DNA from: Anthoceros angustus
Taxonomy: Eukaryota; Plantae; Anthocerotophyta
Length of the DNA: 64,000 nucleotides
NCBI GenBank assembly: GCA_010909165.1
Contig: MU008162.1
Location: 806,001 to 870,000, forward strand
Reading direction: 5' to 3'
Shown here: piece after piece, positions 11,401 through 24,625 of the stretch
How the letters are laid out: each line of letters begins with the position of its first letter
How positions within the stretch are numbered: the stretch's first letter is position 1
Program-made: the position numbers and the translations under genes
The notes under the pieces: generated by a model
What the model was told of the DNA's origin: nothing
Database searches by the model: none
What the model saw: only the letters and a program-made list of their open reading frames with translations

Positions 11401-12099
11401 CGGAAGGGGCAAAGCGGCGGTGAATACATCGGCGTGTTGGTGTTGTGACTACCGGTGATGGACAAGAGAGGAGTCGCGTGGCGGCGTGTGTGTTGAGGTG
11501 GAGTTGTGGCGGACCCGAGTTGAGGGCGCTAGGATGCAAGACCGATGGAGGCGCGTCTGCTTCCTCGGTGGTCTTGGAGAAACCGGCGGGGTTGTGGGAA
11601 GGTCCGGTGGGCTGCAGCGTCCAGTCCGAGTTGTGGAGCCACACACTTGGGGTTGTGGAGCCGGACCCAACATGAAGAGTCCGTTCGGTGGGGACGTGGA
11701 AACTCGAGGCGAGGAATAAGCACGAGACCATTTCCTTGGGAGCGGACTCCTTCCTAGCGACCTTAGGATTGTGGCGCCGGTGGCCGTCGGCCAAAAAGTC
11801 GCGCCACACTATGTCTCATAATGATATCCAAGTTGGTGGGGATGACATTGACAACTTCTTAGATGCATCTACGGGCTCTCCTACGTTCGTGGGAGACTTC
11901 AAAAGCGTCTTGGATCACAAGGTGAGGCTCACGCAACATGGCGTGGGAGGTTGGCAACAACGCGTCTGACACCAGCGATCTCTTGTGGATGGAGAAGGCA
12001 AATGTAAGGATTGGAGAAAGGAATTGTAGCAGTGTGATTCTCAATCGGAGGAGCAGCACTTTTGATTCACGTTCTACAAGGCAACTGTAGCGGCCCTAG

Positions 12100-13355
12100 A
12101 TGGAGGCGGAAACCATGGATCCGTCGTTGTGGAGCACTTTGCGGAAGACTGTTGAAGAAGTTTGTCCATGCTTAGGCCACGGTGGGGTGTGCTTAGCTAG
12201 TGTCTGTAAGTCATGGAGGGACCTCCTCTTGAGCGCGACTTTAAGCGCTTGCGAGAAATGGGTGACGCACCAGGTTGTTGAGTCGATTGCCGATTTGCGT
12301 TGTGGAGTTCATGCAGGTAGATTGGCACGATGCGCGTAGGCCCTCGGACATTCGTGCGGGCTAAGGCACAAGGGCTTGAGGTTGAGGCAAGGAATCTTGG
12401 CGGAAATGGGTTACCTCCTTGGGACAATTGTTTTGTCTGCGAGGATTACTATGCTTCTATCGAGCCTATAGACACCATTGCCGATATCTATGTTGCTAAC
12501 CCTCTAGCCCAAACTTGGTCATGTTTGCGAGAATGCTCCCGAGACATAGCTTTAAGCGCACATTCGAGAAGCGACGAATCACTTGAAGACGGGTATTTCG
12601 GTTCACGATTGTGAGTTATAACATAAGAGAATACCGAGTATCGCTACCATCTACTCAAGTTCTCACGGCTTGGAGAACGTGGTTCTCGAGGAGGCGTACT
12701 GGATTTGGAGTTTTGGTTTCAAAGCTTGCAAGCGGAACTCGAATTCATGGATTGTGCTATATGGCCACAATATGTTATCTGCCAAGAGAAACTATATGTT
12801 GCCACATGTATGCACACATTCTCCGATTATGATGATATTGTCATCTCGTCTACAACTTGGAAAATGGAGCGCAATTACAAATTCAAGAACCAAGATCTGG
12901 TTTAAAGGAGATGATACTTTTGTACTTGCACATCGTCCGTGGTACTTGGTTAGCATAATGGAGTATCGTGGGAGAGTGTTGTGTGCCGATTGGAGGATGA
13001 GTCGTGATGACCTTGAATACGGATTTGGGAGTTGGATTTGGATAGTCTTACTTGGCACAAACTCTCCAAAGATTCGTAAACAAGCATTGACGAGGCCGAT
13101 CTTCAAGAACCAAATGCGGAGTTATATGTTCTCATGGAAGACAGCCCATGCATTTTTGGAGAAGGCGTAATGGAGATAACATTTGCCTCACCCTTGGGGT
13201 TAGGGACTACCTACCATCACCCACACCACACCCACTTAATTGCTTATAATATCACAACCAATTCGTGGTCCGTTGTGTTGAGTGACTTGGTCCGTGACCA
13301 CTTGAATGCCCCGTACCATATTTTCTCTCCCAATTTTCAAAATCTTGGCTTGTGA
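12100..13355 (+). pseudogene. F-box protein (F-box + kelch/FBA-like tail), frameshifted
   Basis: MDPSLWSTL..LASVCKSWRDLL (F-box) and IYVANPLAQTW; several frame breaks. Confidence 0.75.
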
Positions 13356-16300
13356 AGATGTGGTATGATTTTTAGAAATAAAATGATTATTTCTTAATTG
13401 TTATCCTCACATCGATTAAATCCACAAACACTCTTGTTAACCCCTAGACGATGAAATGTCCCAAATTGGAACATTCTTACGGTCTTGAGCGCTTTACAAA
13501 CAATTAATTATTCAAGAATTGAAAGAATATTTTTCTTTCTTTTTACGATGTTGTTCAACATTGACGCTCCCTCCTCCCATGCTTTTATCACAAAAAACTT
13601 ATGCGAAATGGGCGAAGAATCAAGAGAGATGCATGGAAAATGTCATTGCCACTCGAGCCCCATCAAGGCGTAACGACTCGTAAACTAAGTCAACCCGCCA
13701 TGACAATAACTCTACACACACTACGTTAAAGCTCGGCGAGCTAGAGTCAGGTGACAACTAATTGCGAGGGCCACGACTAGGAGATTGGGCACATCTTTGG
13801 TCCTCTTGTTTGGGCGTCGACAATTCTTTCCCATGAGTTTGGGACACTTCTCTCTGTTGTGGAACACATCGCTCAACTCTACAAAGTGTGGTAATGAAAG
13901 AATATGCTCATAGAGTTTTTGTGGGCTTGGTCAAAAGATGTGATCAAAAGTTTTGATGAACGTCATCTTCGTTAGCTCGGCTCAAGAGTTGGGTTAAGTA
14001 TGATCACCATAGCTTTTATATTTGTTGTTGGAATGAATCTTCTCCTAGCTCGTTGGATAAGATTAGTATGGAGAACCTTGGACATAATTTTATAATTTAA
14101 AACAAAAATACAAAATATTTAATTTCAAGTATTTGTTTTTTGTCCTAAACAAATGGTTGCCCCGTTGAACTCCGAATGGTCGAGGTTGTTTTCGAAATTG
14201 TCCCAAAGCGAATTATCATCTTCTTTATGATCCACTTCTACACGTGAAAACCACTTAGGGACGCCTGTAGCATTAGCCCAATGTTTTCTCCACAATGATA
14301 GCAATCTCCTTCTGGTCCACCCAAAAGGCTTCCCACCAATTGTACTCTTTAGCAGTCACCTATGGACGCAAATCTTGCAAAGGAGATCAGATGTGGGTGA
14401 GCATCCCATCGAGGGCTATCATTCAGTGTCAAGCTGATGAATTATAAGGCAAACTTGCACAGAGGTGACCATCGGGTCCCGTTCTTTCACTGCGTCTCTT
14501 TGGGCAGTGGGAATTTCGGTGAAATCAAGCCCTCGTCTTCATTCCTGATCAAATTCCAATTACAGATAAAAATCAACCTCACCGAGGCTTGAAGGCTGCG
14601 GAACCTTATGGACGAGGTGAGGCACGACGAAGACGAGCATTCAGCTCATGGACGACGGGACCGTGACCTCCACCGCACAGTGGTCGTAAAGGTGGGAGGC
14701 CTTTTAGCGAAGAGAGGGGCGCGTTCATGAAGAAGCAGGGCTCAAGGCAATGAGGGCTGTGTTGAGTTGAGACTTGGGATGATCGCATTTTATCACTTGA
14801 GCACCTGTTTCTGAAGGAGTTTTAGAGTAACTAATAGTGCTTCCTCACAATGGACTGCATTGAAAACGGACTCATGCTTTATAGTCTCTCAAGGAAAACC
14901 GACGGGCATAAAGCACTTCAACGACGGACTTATTTAAACTATCAGCATAAAGCACTTCAACGACAGACTTAGTTAAACTATCAGAAAATGTCCACCCTTG
15001 TTGAGGGCATAACAAGAATCAGGTCATCAGAAAACCAAACGCCGACGCAGCAATGTATGGGAGCCCTTATTCTCGGGCAAAGGTAAAGGTGGGGAGTTTT
15101 AGTGGGTGAGGGAGTTCTTCCCAAGTCCTAGACAACCTGGGATGGTATCTAGGCACGTACTTAGATAACCTCAGTATAGTTGGGATGATACGGTGTGTAA
15201 TAGGGGAATCAGAACCCTTGCTGAAGATTTCTCCCCCGAGGTTGTTTTGATTTATTTTCAAAATATCAAATTAAAAAAATCAGAAAACCAAAGTTCGCTA
15301 AAGACAGCCGCCCGCAATGTGGGGACAACACTTCGATCTTTACAACTGCTCAGTCCCTTAGATGTTCATATGCACGTCTCATCACCGATCAGTGCCAAAA
15401 GTTTTCGTCACAGCAGTCCGCAGGCACTAATGGTGCCGTAAATCATCGACAGGGAACACGAAACTCGTACTTAGAACGACAAAACCAGAACAGGCCAGCA
15501 CAACGTTCTCAAACGAATCATGGGACGGCCATCGGAGCAAGAGCAACGTCCACCGCCAGGTGGAACTCATCAGCAGTTTTCTGGAGCACACCAGCAGTTT
15601 TCCTTGGGCATCAGGAATACATTCAGAGGCACGGAACACTAGATATGTTGCAACACAACGTCCTGGCACAAAAGCACAGTCTGGACCAGGATAGCGAGGG
15701 CTGCTCCCGCTGAGAGGTACCTCTACAACTCAGCAGGTTCATTTGGCTTCAGGGAACGGATCCAGAGACATTGACAGTCAAGGGATCAGATTAAGAAGCG
15801 GCGAGCAAAGTCTCAAAAAAGCGAGGAGAGGATCTCAAACCCTAGTCGGATCCGGAGCTGCGGGGGCTTGGAAGAGGACGCAAGCCTACCGCGCGGAATA
15901 CGCAGGCCGCCGAGCTGAGCCGCTTGTGCTCAGCCCCTGCAGCCGCCATGAAATTAATCCAAGCACACCTCTCTCCGACATTCTCACAGGGACTCTCGAA
16001 ACAGAACACAGACAACCACGATATGAGATCAATGCTTCGGCCGGAAGGTTCTTATAGGGCTCTAGGTTATGGACTCTGGAGCCCTAACTTCTAATGGTGA
16101 AGCGGCTGGATATCCTGAAAGAACATACCTAAGCAAACAGCCAAAGTTGGTACATGGCTTCTATTTAGCGGGAACCTGCTATGTACCTTCCATTCTAGCG
16201 GAGTACATGGAAACCGCTATCATCATTCATGCCAACGGCAAGTCTCACAAATCGCTCGTCAGTCATCTGCGAACGGATCGAGTACTCCAGCCGCAGAGCC

Positions 16301-16583
16301 AAGTGAACAGAATGAAGCACCCACCCATCAGAGCAAATAGGCAGAATTGCACGTAACACCAGCTACAGAGGGCGGATGGAAGCACCCACCCATCAGAGGA
16401 AGAGGCAGAATTACAAGCAGCACCATTGACACAAGGTGGAGAGAGAGGGAGAGACGGGGGTGGAGCAGAGCTGCACCATCGTCGGCAGCCTCCCCTCGCA
16501 TTCTCATGCTGAGACACCTTCCTGTTGAATAACCACCAGCTTTCACGGGAAAAAGAACAAATCATACCAGTCAGCTTTGGCGG

Positions 16584-18510
16584 ATGTTCAGCTGGCTGCT
16601 TTGGGTCTGTGATGGGTCACGCCCTACGTCCACCTGGAGCTGGTCGGATGATTTGAGTTCCATTTGCAGGCGTGCAGGTCTACTGACGGCTGAAACTGTG
16701 ACCAAACTATGTGAGCATGGCCAGGTTACTGAAGCTGTCAAGGCTCTGGGAGTTCTGGGTCAATCAGATTGTCATGAATACCACTCCCTGTTTTATTCCG
16801 TCCTGAAGAGATGTGTGGATACGAAGGATGTGATTCTTGGTCGGCGTGTCCATGCTCTTATCGTGCGAAGGGGTGTCGTTCGGACACCTTTCTGTGCAAC
16901 CATGCCCTGAGAATGTATGCTGCTCATGCCAGGTTGCAAGAGGCGATGGATGTGTTCACCGGGGTCCCCAACCAAGATGCCTTCACGTGCTCGGCCATAA
17001 TTTGTGCGCATGTCCAATATGGGCAAGCCTTACAACTGTATCATCGGATGCGCAGGTCCAATATGGGCAAGCCATGCAACTGTATAATCGGATGCGCAGG
17101 TCAAGTTTGAAGCGAGATGGCCAATTGTTTGTAGCAGCCCTTCGGGCTTGTGCAAGAGGAGCAGACTTGGAATGGGTGACAGGTGTACGCTGACCTGTTG
17201 GCCAGTGGGTTTGAGCCTGATTTGATTGTTTGTAACTGCAGGTGGACATGTACGCGAAGTGTGGGAGAATGGAGGATGCTTAGAGAGTTTTTGATGGACT
17301 TGGTCAAAAAGATGTGGTGACATGGACTGCTCTGCTAGCAAGATATTCTCAGCAGGGCTTAGGCGAAGAGGCCCTTCAGCTATACAATGCTATGCAAGAA
17401 GAATTCATTGTTGTGATCCAATTCTGTGACATCTGTGTGTCTTCTACAGGCATGTGCAAGTCTAGGTACCTAGGCTTTGGAGAAGGGGAAACACTTTCAA
17501 GCCCAGATTAGGGAACGAGGACTTCAGGTTGATGTTGTTCTAGGTTGCAGCTTGGTGAACAGGTATGCAAAGTGCGGCAGCCTAGAGGATGCTCGTGGAG
17601 TGTTTGGCAGACTTGGTGAAAAGGACGTGGTAGCATGGACCGCTCTGATAGCAGGATGCTTGCAGCAGGGCATGGGTCAGGAAGCCCTTCGTCTTTACAG
17701 TGCCATGCCACAAGAAGGCCTAGATGCACCCAATTCTGTGACCTCTGTGTGCCTTCTGCAGGCATGTTCAAGTCTGGGCACCCCAGCTCCATGCTCAGAT
17801 CTGAGAATGATATCTCCAGGCTAATGTGCTTGTAGACAACAGTTTGGCGAAGATATATGTCAAGTGTGGCAATTTGGAAGATGCTAAAAGAGTTTTCGAT
17901 GGGCTTTTTTAAAAAGAGGTGGGACTTGAACCGCAGGATATCCACAGAGGGGGATGTGTCAGGAATCCCACCATCTGTACAGTGCTATGCAACAAGAAGA
18001 GATTGCCGACCTGACTGTGTTACGTTTGTGTGCCTCCTGCAGGCTTGCTCATGCCTGCAGGAGCTTTGGAGACTGGCAATCAGCTTCATGAACAGATTCG
18101 ACAACGGGGGCTCCAGGGTGATGTGTCCGTAGCCAACAGTTTGGTAGAGCATGGTGGATGCACAGCAGGTGTTTGAGGCATTGCCGAAAAACGACCCCGT
18201 CGCCTGGAATGCACTGATCACACGTCATGTAGACAGCAAAATTGTCGTAGACTTTGTTTCACAGAATGATTCAGGATAGCATACAACCAGCTGGCATCAC
18301 GTTCCTTGGTGTACTAACAGTATGTAGCCATGCTGGGCTAGTGAACGAGGGGCAAGAGTACTTCACTTCAAATAAGCTCACACTATGGCATCACTCCCGC
18401 GGTGGAGCAATATACATGCATGGTAGATCTTCTGGGCCGTGCAGGCCAACTGGATGAGGCACTGGCTCTTATCAGCGCCAGTGCCTCATCCAGTTGCCAG
18501 GGATCTTAAC
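16584..18510 (+). pseudogene. PLS-class pentatricopeptide repeat gene, frameshifted, ending without a recognisable E/DYW domain
   Basis: SDTFLCNHALRMYA, VVTWTALLARYSQQG.GEEAL, SLVNRYAKCGSLEDARGVF, DVVAWTALIAG, TFLGVLTVCSHAGLVNEG, EQYTCMVDLLGRAGQLDEA. Confidence 0.9.
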
Positions 18511-19223
18511 TTTTCCGGGACCGGCCGAAGAACCGTTGCAAACTGAAGCCCTGCTGACGATACATGGCCTTGGTATTTGTAGCTTTGGAAATCGCAAGAT
18601 ACCCTTGCTGAAATAGCGACAAATGTGCTGGGAATCCACAATATACCCTCTTCGTATTTGTAGCAGAGCTTGGGAATTGAACACTCTTGATACATTATCT
18701 GGTGCTTTCAAATTGAGCAGGCAGGACATGGAGCAGGCAGGATATGGTGCAGCAGTCTCGACTGTCGAGGCCACCACTCGGCCAATTCGGTGGGTGCCAT
18801 GTCCAATAATCATATTTTTGATTCTGTCTACTGGTGCAGGCTGCAGCAGTGTCGAAGCCGCCACTCCGCCAATGTGTTGGTGCTCGGTGCAGCAGATATT
18901 CCTTCAGACAAGTATTATGATCATATTTGTGATGACTTCCTAGATTGATCAGATTTGTGATTCTTTCTTTTTTGTGTAGGACGGCCAGTTTACCACCCGA
19001 AATTGAACGAGGTGACAGATCCAGTTTCCCTCACCCATCGCCGGAAACTTCAGAATCGTGGGATGGATTCCCTTCAGCTATAATCCCGTGCAGTGAGAGC
19101 CTCAATTGCCAGATTCAAGAGGCGGCAGAATGAGATGGGAGATGGATAGAATGGCTTGAAGCCGGACAATGGGCTCGCTGGCCTGCTGCCTTCAGTAGCT
19201 GGTGAAGTTGGAAGGGCAAAATT

Positions 19224-19529
19224 TTGGGCAGTAATCCAGTGGTAATGGGGCTCATGTTGGCGCTCTCGGCCTTGGCCTTGGCACAGGCTTTTCTGAACAT
19301 CGGGAGGGTGCTGAATCCGGGGCCGGGCAAGCGGAAGTTTCCTCCAGGCCCCACAGGATGGCCCGTGCAGGGAAGCCTGGTGTCCGTTTTCATGAATTCC
19401 GCAAAGCTTCCCCACGCTGCGTTGCGCGATCTGTCCAGGCAGTACGGGCCCATCCTGTGCTTCCTTCCGGCCGGGGACGGGTCTGGGCGTGTGGCACATG
19501 CTCGCCAACGGATCGATCACGGGGGCTAG
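19224..19529 (+). pseudogene. Cytochrome P450 5' fragment (membrane anchor + PPGP hinge)
   Basis: Hydrophobic N-terminus, then RKFPPGPTGWPVQGSL..LPHAALRDLSRQYGPIL. No downstream P450 exons were found. Confidence 0.85.
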
Positions 19530-19695
19530 TTCCCCTTGGCCTGGTGCATTCCAAAGGGTTGTTCTCCTTCGTCTCGGGATGGATGGAAAATTTCATCTCC
19601 TTTTCTTACATAAGGTCTCTTTTTTTTTAAAATAGCATATGGGGATAGAAGATGTATCTCCTCATTTTCGAACTCATTGTGGTTTTGATGGCATG
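19490..19695. repeat. 206-bp direct repeat flanking the tandem retrotransposon (left copy; right copy at 30360-30565)
   Basis: Near-identical sequence from TGTGGCACATGCTCGCC to TTTTGATGGCATG on both sides. Degenerate similarity extends back to ~19427 and ~30308. Confidence 0.95.
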
Positions 19696-20264
19696 AGTAA
19701 CACCCCCTTTTCAGCGAGGTGGGGCAGTCACGCAGTTAGCGACAAAAACATCACCAGACACCAGCACTAGGCCTCCAAGTAGCCCGCCGTCCTTCCACGG
19801 ACGACTCATGATCCGCTGCTATTTATTCCAGCAGAGTCAACAAGAATACATGAGAGATCGAGAGAGCTCCCCATCTTTGCCTAAGCTAGGAGCTTAGCTC
19901 TCTCCCTCGATCTCCTCCTCAGCTCTCCTCTAGCACGCTCACACTCCCTCCCAAAGCCTCTAGGCACCAAAGTCCTATCCTCACAAGAGTGTAGCTCCCA
20001 AGTGCTAGGATCCTTCTAGACATGCTCACACTCTAGGCTCCCAAGGCCTTTAGGCTCCAAAGTCCTATCCTCAAGAGTGTAGCTCCCATGCTAGGATCAC
20101 AAGATATCTCTAGGGCTAGCCTCATCTCCTTATATAGGAGGCTTACATCATTTCCAAAGTAACGCTAAAAGCGGACTTTCTTCCTTAAGCCCTAAGCTAA
20201 GTCTTACCACCACTACTTACAACTTACTAACTAGATCCATGCATGCTTCTCAAAGGCTGTTACT
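19696..20264 (-). repeat. LTR 1 (3' LTR), termini AGTAACA...TGTTACT, two internal ~83-bp units
   Basis: AGTAAC at 19696 and GTTACT ending at 20264, followed by the PPT complement TCTCCCC. Confidence 0.93.
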
Positions 20265-23200
20265 TCTCCCCATCAGGAAAAGAATCATCTCTGATAGCCA
20301 ACGATCGAGAGATCATCCAGATCCTTTCAATATCCTCTAACGTTACCCAAAGCTGGATCGAGATCCCACGCAACTTTACCATATCGTGGTACGATTCCAC
20401 GCTTTGTAGGCACGCTACTCTCGCAAGGAATTCCTCAATTTCCAGTCCTTGATTATCGCACGAGAACACGTACTTCTTCTTGTCCATGTCTTCTTTCTTT
20501 TTCGCACAAATGGTTTCGAGTGATACATGAAACACATTGTGTGCAAAAATCCATTCAGCACCGTAACTTGTAAGCCACTTCTCCAATGCGCTTCAAGACT
20601 ACAAATGGACCACCATATCTTGGCCTTAACTTAAGAGTTAATCCTTGAGGTAATGGGAAATGCTTCAATTTCACCCATACTTTATCCCCAACGTTGAAGA
20701 CTTTCTCTCCTGCCTATCGATATTTCTTCCGACGTGCTTGAGCCTTGGCTAAAATTCCTTTGGCAATCTCATGCCTAGCCTTCAAGCTCAATGAATCGGC
20801 GTGGATCTCTAGTGGTAGTATCGAAAACTTCAGCATTTAGCATGGATACCACGTCCGGTGAATTTCCTCCCATCTCAAAGGACTACATCCAAGAGTATGC
20901 GTGTTGTTATAACAAAATTGCATCGTCTAGATGATCACCCAATCCCTCGATCAATCACATAATGCCTTAAGTATTCTTCTTGGATTCGGTTGACTCGTCG
21001 GTTGAGCCATCGATCCGGATGGAAAAGTGCTCATACATAATTCCACATTCAAGCATTTCATCAAAATGCTGCCAAAATTCTCCTGTGAACCTTGGATCCC
21101 CTCACTCACAATGCATAGGTAAGCCATGGTACTTGTATATATACTTCTTAAACAAGTGGCTACCTCAGCCACTCGCTTCTTTGTAGGGATGAAATGTGCT
21201 TGTTTGGTGAATCTATCCACCACCATCATGATAGACAACCATTCGGTGGCAAAGGCATGATAAAATCCATAGAGATACTCTTCCAAGGTCCACTTGGAAT
21301 AGGGAGTGTAAACCTCTTGGTTTAGCTTGCTCCACCTTATCTTCGACAAACAGACATGCCTTGACATAATCCACGTATCTTTACATTCCGGCCGATAAAG
21401 CAGCTTCCTTAGCTTCTCATAAGTGGGGTCAATTCCGTGACACACTTGGCTCATCATGACATTCGAAGCAATTTGCTCTTCAACTCAAGAATTTGGGATC
21501 ACAATCCTCCTCTTGTATATCAACAAACCATCCCTCAATTTGAACTTGCTTCCTTTCGCTCTATTCCATTAATCCATCGAACATGGATCCTGCAGATATG
21601 CTTCCTTGATCTTGTGAGTGTCCATAGGTTCAACCAGATTGCCATTGCCTTTACTTCCGACTCTTTTGCGACTCGGTCATCCAACCTTATTCTCTTTTCC
21701 GGTTTATACTTGAGAGTCACATCATACATAGCTAGGAAATCTTGCCATCTAGCTTGTCTTGCATTCAACTTCAATGGTTAGAAGTATGTTGTCGATATTA
21801 TCGATAGAGCACAAAAGATCCCAAGAGATAGTGTCTCCATACCTTCGGACAATGAATGATGCGTCATTTCCTTCTCATAGGTGGGATACTTCAACTCATA
21901 AGGATGCAATTTCCTTGACTCAAAAGCTATCTTATGGTCTTGCATCAACACTCCACCTATGGCCACGTCGAGGCATCAGACACTTCCACATCCTTCTTGG
22001 GATCATACATTCCTAAAACCGAGTTGTACTCAATTCATCTTCAAGTATTCAAATCTTGACATTCATCCCACTTCCAAGCTTTCGTCATCTTTAAGAGGTC
22101 GTTATGGGGCTGCTATCTTAGCAAACATCTGTACAAATCTCCACATACGTAAGCCAAACCCATAAAACTGCGAACCTCATGAATGTTCCTAGGAGGTTGC
22201 CAATCTTGAATGGCCCTCACCTTATCGGATCCATTCGATGCCATCAGAGACAATAAAGCCTAAGAAAAGCTACCTCTTGACGGTCACACTTCTTAATTGC
22301 CAAGAACAAAGAATTCTCTCTTAGCTTGTAACACTTCTCTTAAGTGTTCGCATGTTCCTCCAAGGTATGGCTAAAGATCAAAATGTCATCCGGATAGATT
22401 ACAACACACTTGTCCACGGATCTATGAATATAGTATTCATAAGTGTATAAAATGTATGCATTAGTAAGTCCAAATGGCATGACCGAAATTCAAAAGCCCC
22501 ATACCGGTCCTACATGTCGCTTTTGTACTCATGTCCCTCTGCGATTCGATCGATAGTACCCGCCATCGATCTAGCTTGGTGAAATACTTGGCACCCTTCA
22601 ACCTCAAACATATCATCCATTCTTGGCAAAGGATATGCATTCTTCGTAATTTGATTCGAGCTCGTAATCTAAACACATCCTTAGTCCTCCATTCTTCTTG
22701 CGTAAACAATACGGCGCACCAAAGGAGACTTAGAGACTCGATATATCCCTTTGCCAGTTGGATAGTTGTCGCTTGAGTTCCGTAGCTCATCCTGCGACAA
22801 TCTATATGGTGCTCGACGGGCGTACTCCCCTCAATTCAATCTCATGATCTACTACTCTATGAGGCGGTAAAGGTGGCAATTCATCGCATCAAATCCTTAA
22901 AGTCATCCAAGACACTGTAATTCCTTGGGATGTCTTTCTCTTGAGGATTCTTCCTCAAGACCATCCTCTAATCCAGGAGCATAACTAGATAAAGCTCCTT
23001 CTTCATCTTATGTCGCTTGAGCTCTCTTTTGAAATCAAGCATCGAGCACATCTCAAGCTTGACTAAGATTAGCACAAACCACCTTGTGCTTTCCATTCTT
23101 CAATATCTCAATGGTGCGGGACTTCACATCTACACGCACTTCATTGGATTTCATCCACTCTAGACCCAAGATAACATCATGGTCATCCATGTCTACAACT

Positions 23201-24625
23201 GAAACTCATGTATCCTTCCCACGCTTCTATTTGCAGCTTTACTCCATGCAATTCACCCAAGAAAAGCGAGTTCCTTTAGCTTGCTTGATTCCATATGGCG
23301 GAAGTACTAGCCCATTCTAGCCCAAGCTCTTTTTATGCGAGTTATAAAATTGTGGGTGGCGAGTCCAACAATAACTCTACTTCTAAGCCATTCATCTTTC
23401 CACATATGTACATAAGGGCTCCACCTTCCCTCAAAATAGTGTCATCCTTGACACTAGATGACTCACCACATCTTCACCACAACATGTGGCCCGCGTCATT
23501 TGGGCTCTGCGAAGCTCACGAATCCTAAGTCCGGAGCTTGAGGATTGGCGGCTATCACATTCTTGGGAATTCCCGCATGCGGACAATCTTTCGCAAAGTG
23601 TCCTTGCTCCCCTCAAGCACCGCACCAAATTGAGGGCTCGTCCTTTGGCTTCCACGGCCACGACCTCTATTGGCTCCTCTTCCTCTTCCTCGCCTCACCA
23701 ACATTATCATTTGTTCCAATATGCCCGGTGTTGGTGGCTCTTCCTCTACCTCGTGATCTTCCTTGAAAAGATCTTGGATACCTTCCTCGAAAGACCGGTG
23801 CTTCCTCGGCACGACTTGTGTCGTATCGCATCTGCCATAATAGCCTCTCGCAGAGTTTGAGGTTTTGTCATCGATTCTATCCAGAGCCCACCTTTGAGTC
23901 CACTATAAAACATGGAGCTTATCCACCTCGCATATGTCAGGCATTGTAACACATGCTAAATTCACTCACATACCGCAACATTCTGTGCTTCACATTCTCT
24001 AGCATCCTTCTTGCCAGATAGATGCATTAGTTGGTGGAATTGAAGTTGCGGTGCATCTTTGAATTACGCCGGTGGAAATAGTTTCCACTCTATTACCTGT
24101 TCAATACTCGAACATAAGTTCTCCACCAAGTAAGGCGTACCCTTCTAAGAAGTTAACGATGTGATCTAGATACTCTTCTGCGGAATCCTGCGGTAGTATC
24201 CTTCCAATGAGAAAAACCACGAATTGATTTTCTCCACATCTCGTTCACCCTTATACCTATCTGGGGGCTGAACGCTTAGCCTCAACTTCTTGGGTCTCCT
24301 TGCTCTACTCCTTTCTGGGCCAGGCTCCAATTCGTCCTGTTCATCATCCTTCTCTGCTTCATCGAGCTTCCTTTTTCCTTGTACTTGTTGCTCTAGAGCT
24401 TCCATTCTCCTCAAAAGATTTTGAAGCTCCTCTTGCGGCATGGTGACGGTCTTGACCCAGGTATCTGCCGTTCGATTAGTGGCTCCATCGAGGCTCATCC
24501 ACTGGTCTCCACCATAGGAGCCTTCTCTTTCTTCGCCGTATTCTCTCTGCTGCACGGCTCTTGAGATCGGCCATCTCCATAGCGTCCTAGCTAAAAGATG
24601 CTTCAACCTTGAGCTCGATACCACA

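Noticed and set aside
14906-14983. 39-bp direct repeat
   Set aside because: Two-copy local slippage with no further structure; the 22-bp intronic repeat at ~39006-39072 is similar.
12100-18510. RNA editing as the explanation for broken frames
   Set aside because: These are nuclear genes, and the defects are indels, which C-to-U or U-to-C editing cannot repair.
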